DNA from: Kudoa neothunni
Taxonomy: Eukaryota > Animalia > Cnidaria
Direction of reading: 5' to 3'
DNA length: 64,000 nt
NCBI GenBank assembly: GCA_964304625.1
Contig: OZ199839.1
Span: 9,857,072 to 9,921,071, forward strand
Below the pieces are notes generated by a model, which saw nothing but the letters and a program-made list of their open reading frames with translations, ran no database searches and had not been told where the DNA came from. The translations under genes and the position numbers were made by a program. Shown here piece by piece: positions 38,363 to 50,585 of this stretch; position 1 is the stretch's first letter; every line of letters starts with the position of its first letter.

Positions 38363-38991
38363 AAATGATTCCCAACCTTATTTCTATCGCGTCCCATCTT
38401 TTTCAGATGTGTTGATTTTTTAATTTAAAACTGCGTATAACATTGAAAAAATTTCCCAATCACATCAAAATTTGAAAAAAGTTAATATATATTTCTTTCA
38501 TCATTAAAATTAAAATATGTTCGATCAGACCTAATTTAATTTATCTATGAGTATTAAAAATTAACATCTTTAGTTCTTCATTCCGTCAAAAACAGCGTCA
38601 AATGAAACTTGTGGTAATCCAACTTTAATCAGGGAAGACTTTTGTGTATACGGGGCGAATGAACGGATAAAAAACTATATAAATACAAAATGAATCAATA
38701 TTATATTAGATTTAAAAAAAGGGGACAAACGATTATAAATGCGACAACATTGGTATTATAACCATTCCGATTCCATTGGGTAAAAATCATTAAATGTTAT
38801 TATTCGTTTTAATATACATTAGTAAGTGCGTTTAATATTTTTTTTATAATATTCATATTCTTTTACTAGTAAATAAGATCAAAAATCGTTGTATTGATTT
38901 CCATGTGCGTCACACTGCCCAATTATCTCACCATTATCAATGTCGCATCACTAGTCAGGATTTTCCACGCCCTCACGTTGGGGAAACACTG
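38363..38991 (-). mobile_element. hAT-type MITE (CAGTGTTTCCC family)
   Basis: End GTTGGGGAAACACTG; degenerate opposite end TGATTCCCAACCT; ~300 bp shared with 45030-45360. No TSD found. Confidence 0.6.
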
Positions 38992-40029
38992 ATCTAACCC
39001 CCCCTAGGTTCAATTAAAAATTAACAAAAACTTAGCTAAGGTTTTATGTAGGAATGTCATGTGGAGTGTGAGCACCAATACACCAATATAGCAGATAAAC
39101 AGTTAAGTCTCGATATTGAGTGCTAAATCGTGGCACGAGCTTTTACTGCTTAATGAGAAGTCACTCATCGATATCGAGTTCTGATGTATGCACACTATGG
39201 TTAAATTATTATTTTTAACTATAAAATGATCTATTTTATTTCAATTATTTGAATAAGAATATGTAGGACCAATCTAATAGTATAAGAAATTTTCATTTTT
39301 AATCTGCTAACTTTTTATCAGGAGTTTTTAAAATATGAAAATGATTGGACATTCAACCATTACTTTGATCGTAGTATTTAACAGAAAAATCATTAATTCC
39401 TTTAAAAACAGTGGATTTCTTTGGATTTATCAATAACTCTATGTGGAAGATTTTTTCCTGTAAATTAAACAGTCTATAAAGTGATTACGAGTTTTTCGGT
39501 TGTTTTATTTCCTTTTTATTTTACTGATTATTTATTGCATATGTTTGTTGAGTCCGTCGTTCATAAAAAAGGAGCGGTCTCGTCAAGATTTAATATCTAC
39601 ATGTTCCTGCCAAAAGTTTGTTTACCGAACCATGAACAATATTATCATTGGCGCTCCCTGCACACCCGCGAATAATGAATTTTTAAACCAAAAGCAACAC
39701 TTAAAAGTTTCAAACAAACCTTCTCTTCCACTAAAGCCGGTGATTTTACGATCAACAGCAGAAAGCCTTGCTTTCTCGATAATCAAAATTTTTTAAATAT
39801 TTTTATTTTATGGTGTTCTGACACTATCCGGTCATATAACTCAATTTAAAGTTGGAATCCTTTTACTAATAAAAACAACATAGTGTTAGGTTTGCTCAAA
39901 TAAGATACCGGTGAAAACGTACCAATATGCACAGACAAAACTAATGCGTGAAATGGGTGGCGTGTATGACACCCCTCTCCACTTTAAGTAGAAGAATATC
40001 TATTTAGAGTTTTAATTTCTCTTCTAACC

Positions 40030-42455
40030 CTTCTAGCAGATGTTTTTTCTTGTTTCTTTTTTTTACGATTATTTGTAATAAAATAAAAGAATAGTGAGTG
40101 AAAAAATTCCTTGACAACAAATAACATCTAACTTTTCACATAATCTTAGGTCGACAACAATCGTTGTTCTCTTAATCTTTTTTGCATTACCCAAACACTC
40201 AATTATTCATATATCTTAAGTATATTGACTTTTTTCATTTTATTCAACTGTCAAAAATAATTTGAAAGTTTATAAATAAAATTTCACTCATATTCAGTAT
40301 TGTCTTATTTATTATGTCATAAAAACGATTTGTGTAATCTAAACCCATTAACTATATGTAATTATAAATACTTTAGTTTACAAATTTTTATAAAAAGCTT
40401 TTACATTTAAATAAATGAGATATGCAATTATATTCTTAATAAAGTAGGACATCATTTTTAAAAAATAATATTATTGAAAATGTTGTTTCTTCATTGTATT
40501 TGTAATATCTAACAAAAAATTATAATTCAGTTATTACTGTTTATAGTACCATTTATATATAATAAACACGAAAATATATAATCTATAAATTTTACAAAAT
40601 AAACAAAATTATGTACTATAAGTACATATATGTTTTATTCACTGTTTACATAACTATATGTTAAAAATATGTTTTTTCATAAAAACAATTTTTAACCATT
40701 TTATAATGATCGCGTCATATTTCTGAATTAATCTCAATTTTTTAACTTACTCGAAATATTACTAATAACATATTAATCTCACGGGCATCCATATTTATGA
40801 AAGTGTTTATCTAATTCATTATAATGTGATTAAATATTGAACATAGAAACAGAAATGCGAAATTGGTTAAGATTCTTCACAAGTATGTAGCTATGATAAC
40901 AAGTAAAGGTAATTCTGTAAATATGAAAATACAATTGCGAATATAATAGACAGACATATATTTTAAATAAAGGAACATTTGATTTCTTTAAAAATATTAT
41001 TTAATAATTCAACATTGGACCAAATTTTTAGCCGACACTCCTCTTCTTATTGGGAGAATTTTTGTTTTTAGACGACCCCAACAAACTTCGATCATATTGA
41101 TGTGGGTTCCGTCTCTTACGTATTCCTTGGGGTGGTTTATTGCAGTGTGCCTATACCTCAATGATCCCAAATTATTGTAGGCTGCCCATTCGTCGCTGTA
41201 GATCGCTGGACCAGGAATTACTTCTGTTTGGGTAATTTGGGTTAACGTCTCCATATCTCGTCGCTGGACGATTAAATACCGAACCTCTTTCAAGGATCTC
41301 TTACCTTTTTCGTCAATTTTGCAGTGATAGTCCAAATATCCAGGAACCATCAACACGATTCCCGTATCTTCCTCTCCGGTTCGCACGTATATTTAATAAA
41401 TAAATATATATATATATATATATGATGATTTATTACAGGAGTTTTCAGATGTTTCGTCATCAGAAGGACAATATTCGTTCTCATTCATATTCTCCATAGC
41501 TACTCCATTAAAGCCATAATATTTAATCTATTTCAAATCAAAATTATAATTACTTGGCTCAATTAATTATTTGTTTACTGAGACTTTCCATTTATCTCCC
41601 CCTAGATAATGCCCTCTGTTATTTTTTCACTTCCCATGTAGAAGACTTTCGGTGACCAAAATTAGAGGCATAAATAGTCCTGATTTTCTCGAACCAATAC
41701 GATGTGGTTGGTTTGCTAGTCTTCACCAAAACTACAGTAGACAATATCGTATTATCCATAACCCAATAATAGATAATCTTAAGAATTTTTTTATCATTAT
41801 TTTCGCTGATGAGCCTACGCTATTGGTGAAAAATGTGCCATTTCGTAGAGAATACTTAATTTTACAACTAAACGAAATTTACATATAAGAATCATTAAAA
41901 GATTAACTTATTGTAGACATAAGTAAAAATACAATCCACTCCATTACGTTCATATAGTGACAATAATGTTATTGGTCGCTGAATATTCAATTTTCTCTTT
42001 GTTAGATAAAAACAGTCGAAATTATGGCAATTTGAACATCTTTCTGGGGAACTTTCGAGGTATCCTTGTATAATTAACACGTTAAATAAAACATCGTGAT
42101 TGTTAATTAATGTAAAAAACGAATCCTCAACAATGAAACTAGGAAACTCCACTTAAAGCAGAACGAGGTAAGTTCAATCCATTTAAGACATATGTTCCGT
42201 CACATTCAAGTAACATACGAATAAAAATATTTTAAAATAAATTCGAACACTTAAAAATTAGTATTTATTAAAATAAAAATACAACATAAACCTGATTTCT
42301 TTATAATTATCGAACCAAATTAGAGATTAGTTGAATGTTTGGATAATGCAAAAAAAGATTAAGAATATGATTGTTGTCGATGAATTTTTAAATTCACTAT
42401 TCTTTAATTTTATTATAAACAATCGTAAAACAAGAAAAAACATGTGCAAGGAGGT
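40030..42455 (-). mobile_element. Merlin (IS1016/IS1595-like DDE) transposon remnant
   Basis: ORF 41009-41386 has IYSDEWAAYNNL...HTAINHPKEYVRDGTHINMIEVCWGRLK; N-terminal CxxC fragment at 41895-42152; inverted repeats at ~40030-40150 and ~42340-42455. Confidence 0.78.
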
Positions 42456-43365
42456 GTTTTTCAGGTCACGCCACTTTACCATTACCCCCAAATGATCGTT
42501 AGAGGACTAAGTGATTTAGTATAACGAATGTGTTAAAATAAGTGACAAATAATGAAACTGACAAGTTTTTGTAAACCAAAAAGGGGTTACACGTGGGGAC
42601 GATGTTTCTCGAAGTGGGATTTGGTTAAAATTTAAAAGTTAATTCTTAGGGCTGAATTTTGACTCACTATATTTATTTTATTAATGAGCCGTAAAAAAAT
42701 TATCTACAAAAAGATGCGAAAAGGGGTGTTTTCAGGCGTCACAGGCTTTACAATTACCAAAAAAATTTTTTGAATTTATAGGTAGCAATAAAAAATATTC
42801 CCCATGCCAAGTGCACGCGTGAAAAGTGTGCAGAACCAGACGTGATTAGTTTTACGCACTTTTTCCCGGTCCCCGAAGGAATGCGTGAACTGGTCACTTA
42901 CTATATATCTTTTTTGACATTAAGAATAGATTTTTTATGTTTATTTAATTAAATAACGGGTCTGATTGTATATATATATATATCTGCATATGCAAGTATG
43001 CCATTTACTTCGAGAAGATTACGCTGGTATTATCATTGTTTAACTTTACGATTTTATATAATTCAAATCCAAATCCAAATACTATAATATTATTGTTATA
43101 TTCAGAATAAAAATCGTCGCAATATAAAAACAAAATTAATTCATTTTGCTGAATGTTATGCCTTTAGGCTGCGTCAAGACTTACAAAATTCACAGATTGA
43201 ATATTGATTCATATTATATTATGGTTGTTTTGCTTATGGTCACTATTGATACCACATATTCGTATTTAATAAATCACATCGTTTATGAACTATAAATATA
43301 ATTTTAATATTAATTCAGACATCGTAAATATACGATTTTATTAGCCTGTTGCAATACTTATTGGA

Positions 43366-44734
43366 ATGTTGACTTCCTTAATTTTATTTGTTTTTTTAGG
43401 AACAGTTTCTCTAGGTACATTTATATTATTTCGTCTTATCTTTATTTAAATGAAAAATAGAAAGGGCTTTGGATTCGTATGCATTAGATGTTGGAGCACC
43501 TCCAATTTGGATGTCTGAAACGGAGAAAAAAGCGGCTGTAGTTGACAGATGGTATGTCGACATAAAAACCGCTACGTGCAAAAAATTCAAATACTTGGGT
43601 TCCCTAGGAAATTTTAATAACTTTGTGTCAAAAGCTGTTTGTCAATATCATCGTAAATCATACGATTTAAATATTTGTAACTTTATTATTAGTAAAATTT
43701 ACACCCGAAGAGCAGTCTAATGCGTGTGCATTACCTAAAGTAGTTGGTCCCTGCGAAGTACCCTTGGCGGATCAACGAGATAGATGGTATTTCTCAGTAG
43801 CATCTGTTTCTGGTAGTCTACCTAACTTGTGTCACGAGTTTAAATACTCTGGGTGTGGAGGAAACGCCAACAATTTTATGAGTGAAGAAGAATGCAAAAA
43901 TGCTTGTCAAAGTAAATAACTATGAAACATTTTGTTATAATATAGTACCATCGAATAAATTAACTTGTTTTAGACAAAAAGAATGGAAAAGTAACTACTA
44001 GTGATGAAAGCACTCTTACTGCAGTACCTAATAAATTTGACTGCCTTTTCGCTGCTGAAGTAGATACCGATCAACCCAAAATGGGAGTTGTACTACACAA
44101 GGACAAAAAAAGATGCGTTTATGCTGCTGTTGGTACAGGGGCAGAGAGAGGATTTTTTGAGGAACTACCAAAATGCGTAGATACATGCATAAGTAAGTAT
44201 TAAATTGAGTTGAGAAGTATGTGATGCTAGTAGTAATTAGCGGATTTTGTTGCTGCTTGCGACGCAAACTGAACCATACCAAGAACCATCTGATGCAGAA
44301 ATAAGCACTGAAGGAAACGTAAAGGAATACTTTTATTTTGACAAAAAAGGCAAAGTATGTCGTCCCTTCTACTCAAAAAAAATACCTGCAGCCACGTTTA
44401 AACTTGACGATGGCTCAAAAAATATATTTAGTTCTGCGGAGATATGTGCGAGTTTTTGTCCCGCCAGTACTTTATATTAAATAAATTTTCAATATTATAT
44501 ATCTAATCGAATTTAGCTGGTCATCTTGGTGATCTCAAAGCGGTTGAGGCGTGCAAACAACCAAAAGTTGGTGTGCATAAAGTGGGCGAGAAATACAAAT
44601 TAGCAAGATATTACTATAATCATGTATCAAAAGCTTGCGAAAATTTTGATTTTAACGGGAAAGAGATGAATTTGAATAATTTTAAGTCCTCCGATGCCTG
44701 CGAAAAAATTTGCAAGGAACCCTTAACTCCCTAG
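43366..44734 (+). CDS. Five-Kunitz-domain secreted protein, copy K2 (one apparent +1 frameshift at ~44267)
   Basis: Signal peptide MLTSLILFVFLGTVSL, five domain-encoding exons with phase-1 introns, stop TAG at 44732-44734; GCAAACT here versus GCAACT in the other copies. Confidence 0.8.
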
Positions 44735-45029
44735 AGTTAGATGCAACATGACATCTTCGCCCACAGGCGAAAAATATAAAAAAATTAAAATATACGAAAT
44801 AATTAGAATTTAGATATTTATAGCTTTATATTTTATCTATTTTTCGTTATATAATATTTTATTTAAAAGTAGTTGAGTGTTAATACTAATTTAAAAATTG
44901 ATATCCATAGTTTTAACAAAGTAAAACAGTTTAGGGCACTGGTGGCGGAGTGTGGACCGTGTATAATCCGTGTTTAGTCGTTAATCCTCAATTTGCGAAA
45001 ATAAATAATATGGATACAAAATTAATCAC

Positions 45030-45360
45030 TATTATATTAGGTTTTTAAACAAATGGGACATACGATTATAAATGCGACAACATTGGAATTTAACCATTCC
45101 GATTGTATTGGGGAAAATCATGTTAAATGTTTTTATTTATTTTTATATAAATTAGTAAGCGCATTTAGTATTTTTTGTAATATTCATATTCGCTTGTAAA
45201 TAAACAAGATCAAAAATCGAGGTATTGATTTCCATGTGCGCCACACTGCCCAATTATCTCACCATTATCCATTTCGCATCAATGATCAGAATTTTCTACG
45301 CCCTACAAGAGTCCTTCATTAAACGTCTAAAGATTTCCACGCCCCACGCTGGGAAACACA
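45030..45360 (-). mobile_element. hAT-type MITE fragment
   Basis: Homologous to 38680-38991; ends CCCCACGCTGGGAAACAC. Confidence 0.6.
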
Positions 45361-45695
45361 GTGCTAGAGAATATTTAGATTGCGGCAAGGAATTAACAAC
45401 AGGTGAAATTATTACTGAGGAAGGAATTATTGAAATTTTAAAAGATGATGATAATAACTCTATATCATCTGAAAATTCTGAAATAGAAACCCCAGTTATT
45501 AGCGTTCGAGATGTCATTACAGTTATTACCATTACCATAAAATATTTTGAACAACCCAGAGTTCATGACTTGGACAATGAGAGAAAATTAAAAGACGAAT
45601 TAGTAACACTACTGACTCGGTTCAAACGAAATGTGGAAAGGTCTAATTTCGAAAAAATGAAACAAACACTTATAGCTGATTATCTAAATAAATAA
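45361..45695 (+). mobile_element. Tigger/pogo transposase C-terminal remnant
   Basis: EYLDCGKELTTGEIITEEGII followed by an acidic stretch, IKYFEQ and terminal KQTLIADYL, typical of Tigger/TIGD C-termini. Confidence 0.65.
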
Positions 45696-45959
45696 ATTAT
45701 CATGTGTAATCATCTATAAATTAATCTGTCACAATTTCTCGACATCTGATTGGTTCTGCATTATTACTTGTGTATTTTATTAATTTTATTTAAAATCTTT
45801 ATTTCTTCAGAATAAATAAAAGTTTGCAGAATCGATTAATGTAGTTTTACAAACGAAATAATATTTAAGTTATGAGCATGACTACTCATCAAACCTCGTT
45901 TAACCAAAATTTGTGTATCCGAAAGGAAAATGCAAAGTCTCCAGATTTCCGGATAAACG

Positions 45960-47963
45960 GGATTCGACTGTATTACTGAAAAAGTAGGGTTCTCCATAGC
46001 GTTAGCAAGGTTGGATTTTTGCATTCTTATGAATTCTTCAACTTCGTTTCTTAAGGTGAATAATCTAGCCAAGACTTTACAATGAGAAAGTCATCTTACT
46101 TCTTTATGAAATAACAAAACTGAGAACTCACTTCTAAGTTCATTACAAAACGCCTCAAACAAACGATGATTCAATGCTCTTGAGGGAATAAAATTAATTA
46201 TTTTAACACATGCATCCATGACGTTTTTTAGAGGTCCTGGCAAAATCTTCGACATTAAGGTCTGTTGGTGTAGGATACAATGCGTGACCATTACATCAGG
46301 CACTTCGTTTTTCATGGGACCAACGAGTCCCGATTTAACACCCAGCATCGCAGGAGCACCATCCGTACGAATGGATCCGACAATAGTTAATGGAATCTCC
46401 ATATTAGTAAAAAAAGATTTGATTACATTAAATATATACTTTTTTTGTTTACAAGGTAAAAACCCAGGAGCAACTTATTAGGTTGTGGAATCCTGGTTGG
46501 TCAGACCTCTTCCATTAACGCTTTAGGCACCGCAGGACGTAACATGAAACCCCCTGGCTTATCTTTATGCGGTAATGTGGGACTTTAATCCACTAAACAT
46601 CCTCGTCTCAGGGCGACCACCATCCCAAACCTTATCCCTTTAAGGACGTTGGCTTTGTGGAAACTGCAAATTACTTTGCCTTTCGATGGGTTCCGGAGAT
46701 TCAAACTCCTATTCACGCTCAACCAACATCACGCAAATCTGACTGCCAGTGCATCCCACTCCACAGTGGGCGTATACTTTAACCACAACTTCCAAATATG
46801 GTATAGACACCCACCGACACGAAAGCAGTGGTCTGACCACCGGCGGAATCGAACCCATTACCTCAAGATTCTGAGTCCAAGTGTCACACCAATGTGCTAT
46901 CTGTCCACGAGTTTAAATGTATACTCTGCAGTTGTCGTTGTGTTCAGAGGCTTGCAACAAAGAAATTCTACACGAATGATGTATTCTTAACGAAGCGAAC
47001 AAACGCTATTAGCTGGATGCAATTGGCTACATCCGTCGATTCATCCAGTTGAATTTGTAACTTCGGAGGAGATTCTTTGATATCAAAAATAAGTTAGCCA
47101 AGAATAGCATCACCAATGGCAACTATTCTGTTCCTTATAACATTGTTGGACATAGGGATCCTTTGAAGTTTTTTTGCAGTCTCTTCACCCAATATAATTT
47201 TTGCAGATTCAACGATGCAAGTTTTTATCATTCCTTCGCGATTATATGGGCTTTTTTCTTTTTTGCAATTTCATAGGCCCTTGGAGGAAGCCAAAAGTGA
47301 AGGTTTCTCCTCATTAACAAATCCATAACTCGCAAGTGTTCCTTTCATGCCGTATAGAATTCTCTTGGCTTTCAGCGAATCGAAATCGTTTCCAGTTTTG
47401 GAACTACCACCATGAATAGCTCGAAAATGTTCACCGAGCTTTGATGGTTTTAGGTTAGCATTGGACAATGTTGAGTTGCAAAGAATACAACGAGTACGGT
47501 CAATTCCTTCAATGGTAACTCTTGTGAAGCCATACCGAGTATAATCCACATTCCGTTTTCCAACCTTTTGGGGTAGCAACCATGATGATGCGTGGGCGAT
47601 GTTAATTCGATCATTAAATACACAACATTAAGTTGAAATCTGTTAACCTCTTCATACTCTAAAATAAATGTTGACAATATGTTATTAATAATTAATAAGT
47701 TTTTTGTAAATGAGTAACGATTTCTGAATTATAAATTTATATGATTTTAAATGATAGAATGATTTTAGTGGAAAGTACGCTATATAAATCTGATATTATT
47801 AGATTATTTCATTAACAAAATATTCTATTATATGATATTTAATTAAATACGGTAGTTCCAAACTGAATTTCTGAATTCTAATTTTTTCTTTCAGTCATAT
47901 AATCAGGCTTAAATTTTTAATTCATCATAGTGTGCTCCCACACCCCCTATAGGGAAACCCCTG
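45960..47963 (-). mobile_element. hAT (Buster/Charlie, ZBED8/SCAND3-like) transposon, decayed and 3'-truncated, interrupted by a SINE
   Basis: BED-like YTRYGF...CILCNSTLSNANLKPSKLGEHF; TDGAPAMLG...THCILHQ; TIR CAGGGGTTTCCC at 47963. Confidence 0.88.
46441..46912 (-). mobile_element. tRNA-derived SINE, apparently full length (~470 bp)
   Basis: Minus-strand head with A box TAGCACATTGG and B box GGTTCGATTCC; A-rich tail; 13-bp TSD TTAAAT(A/G)TATACT at 46428-46440 and 46913-46925; it interrupts the hAT transposase frame. Confidence 0.88.
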
Positions 47964-47971
47964 ATCTAGAG

Positions 47972-48160
47972 TATGGTTGGTTGTTTGTTGCCCCGAAATG
48001 AGGATGTTTAGTGGGTTAAAATCCCACATTACTGAATAAATGTAAGTCGCCTTAATATGACGCTATGATGCCTAAAGCGTAAATGGAGAAAGCCCAACCA
48101 ACCCCAGCTTCACAATCCAACAAGTTGTACCAGGGGTTTGACCTTGGAAACAAAAAACAA
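47972..48160 (+). mobile_element. 3' fragment of the same SINE family, upstream of K3
   Basis: GAGGATGTTTAGTGGG...TCCCACATTAC...GCCTAAAGCG...ACCTTGGAAACAAAAAA matches the revcomp of 46441-46630. Confidence 0.8.
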
Positions 48161-48339
48161 CTAATTGAATATTGGTTCATAATATAACATTATGGTAGTT
48201 TTTCTTATGGTCACTATTGATACTATACATTCGTATTAGATTAATCGCATCGTGTATAAGCTATAAATATGATAATTCAAATATTAATTCAGACATCGTA
48301 AATATACGATTTTAATAGCTTGTTACAATACTTATTGGA

Positions 48340-49704
48340 ATGTTAGTTTCCTTAATTTTATTTGTTCTTTTAGGAACAGTTTCTCTAGGTACATTTATAT
48401 TGTTTCGTCTAACTTTATTTAAATGAAAAATAGAAAGGGCTTTGGATTCCTATGAAAAAGATATCGGAGCTGCTCCGGCGTGGATGAATCCAGACCAACA
48501 AAAAGCAGCTATAGTTGATAGATGGTATGTCGACAAAGCTACCGCTACGTGCAAACCATTCCGATATTTGGGTTCCCTAGGAAATTTTAACAACTTTGTG
48601 TCGAAAGCCGTTTGTCAATATCATTGTAAATCGTGATATGTAGACGGTTATAACTTTATTATTAGTAACATTCACACCCGAAGAGCAGTCCAAAGCGTGT
48701 GCATTACCTAAAGCAGTAGGCTCTTGCACAGTGCCCGAGGCGAATCAACAAGAGAGATGGTATTTTTCAACGACTGGGACTGATGCAAGTGCTACAGCCT
48801 CATGCCAAATGTTCAAATACACTGGATGCGGAGGAAACGCCAATAATTTTATGAGTGAAGAAGATTGCAAAAATGCTTGTCAAAGCAATTAATTTTGAAT
48901 AAATTTGTTTATATTAATATATCATAAAATAACCCAATTTAGATAAAAAGAATGGAAAAGTACCTGCAGATGTTTCAGATAACAAACTTACTGCAATTCC
49001 TAACAAATTCGATTGCCTTTTCGCTGCTGAAGTAGATAGTGATGATCCTAAAATGGGAGTTGTACTACATAAAGACAAAAAAAGATGTGTATACGCTGCT
49101 GTTGGTAAAGATTCAGATAGAGGATTTTTTAGGGAACTACCAACATGCGTAGATACATGCATAAGTATTAAATTTTGATGAGAAACGTGTGATAATAGTA
49201 ATAATTAGCGGATTTTGTTGCTGCTTGCAGTGCAACTGAACCATACCAAGAACAACCTGATCAACAAATATCTCAAGAGGCTAATGTTAAAGAATACTTC
49301 TATTTTGACAATGCAAACAAAGTATGCCGTCCCTTCTACTCAAAAATTTCACCCGGAGCCTCAGTTAAACTTGACGACGGCTCACATAATATATTTAGTT
49401 CTGCAGAGATATGTGCGAGTTTTTGTCCCGCCAGTATTCTTTTTTAATTACATTTTCAGAATTATATATTTTGTCTAATTTAGCTGGTCACCTTGGTGAT
49501 CTGAAAGCAGTTGAAGCGTGTAAACAAATAAAAGCTGGAGAGTGGGAAAATGGCGATATGTACAAATTAACTAGACACCGCTATGATATTTCTTCAAAAG
49601 CTTGCGTAGAATTCTATTTCAACGGGAAAAAGACGAATTTGAATAACTTCGTGTCTAAAGAAGCCTGTGATGAAATTTGCAAGAAACCTCTAGAAACTGC
49701 TTAG
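48340..49704 (+). CDS. Five-Kunitz-domain secreted protein, copy K3 (intact frame; intron 3 has a GC donor)
   Basis: Signal peptide MLVSLILFVLLGTVSL plus five Kunitz-type exons splice into one open frame with all phase-1 introns. Domain 2 is canonical with 6 Cys; domain 1 has 2 Cys; domains 3-5 have 4 Cys. Confidence 0.9.
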
Positions 49705-50585
49705 AGCTAGGTGTGAAACGACGCCTTAGCCCACAAGCATAAATATGAAGAAATTAAGATAAATGAAATAATTAAAATTTAGATATTTGTAACTTTATTT
49801 ATTATTCGTTATATCGTGTGTTATTTAAAGAATTTGACTATTAATACTAATTTAAAAATAATAAAATAATTAGATTATATTAAATTTGGAGTTGATTTTC
49901 ATATATCAATATTTAGAATTATTCTACAATTCGTAAATTTTCTACCCAAAACCTAGGAGAACACTTATTATAAAAAATATATTTTAACATGAAACAGTTT
50001 GCATAATAAATAATGTGTGGTGCGAGCTTGAGATTAATTGGACTTCCAAGGGGCAGAATCATACTTCCTTAATACCAAATAATTATATAATTTCATTAGT
50101 TACAATAATTACATAGGATATGAATTCATTGACCGCACTAAAGATTTTGAGTTGTGTTTGACCTCTATTATTTCATATTAGTATGATTGTATAAACGTAA
50201 TTGTCTTTAAATTAAAAACTAAATTTTTTTATCAGAATCTACAAGAAGCTTAATTAGAGTATTATTTGGTAAGAAAAATTTAAAAAATTATCCTCTTAAG
50301 ATTTTTGATGTGGAATTACATTAATGTAGATTTAATAAATTTCTAAATCATAATTTTCCATCGTATTATATTATTCCTGTTTAAAATGATGTTATTAACT
50401 TATATTAATAAGAGAAATAATCAAGAGTTACCATTAAAAATCAATGATAAGGGATGTATTTTATGAATCTATAGAAAAATACACAGGCTTTTAACTGATT
50501 AAGAAAACTTCAATTGGTGATGGGTAATACCCAGTTTCGCTTGTTCATATAGAATTTACTACTTACTGAAGACATTATTTCAGTT

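Noticed and set aside
38170-42900. Larger Merlin boundaries with G(G/T)GACC-starting ends at ~38174 and ~42896
   Set aside because: The ends are only loosely similar and there is no target-site duplication.
45225-45695. 156-aa ORF as a host gene
   Set aside because: Chimeric read-through from a MITE end into a Tigger C-terminal remnant.
46825-46908. Functional tRNA gene on the minus strand
   Set aside because: It has A and B boxes but poor stems, and is embedded in a TSD-flanked, A-tailed element; it is a SINE head.
44720-49710. Stop-codon readthrough or alternative code suggested by TAG-AGY-TAG at the ends of K2 and K3
   Set aside because: Only two extra codons are involved, and K4 has TCG there, so it is a simple substitution; genes here end in TAA, TAG and TGA normally.
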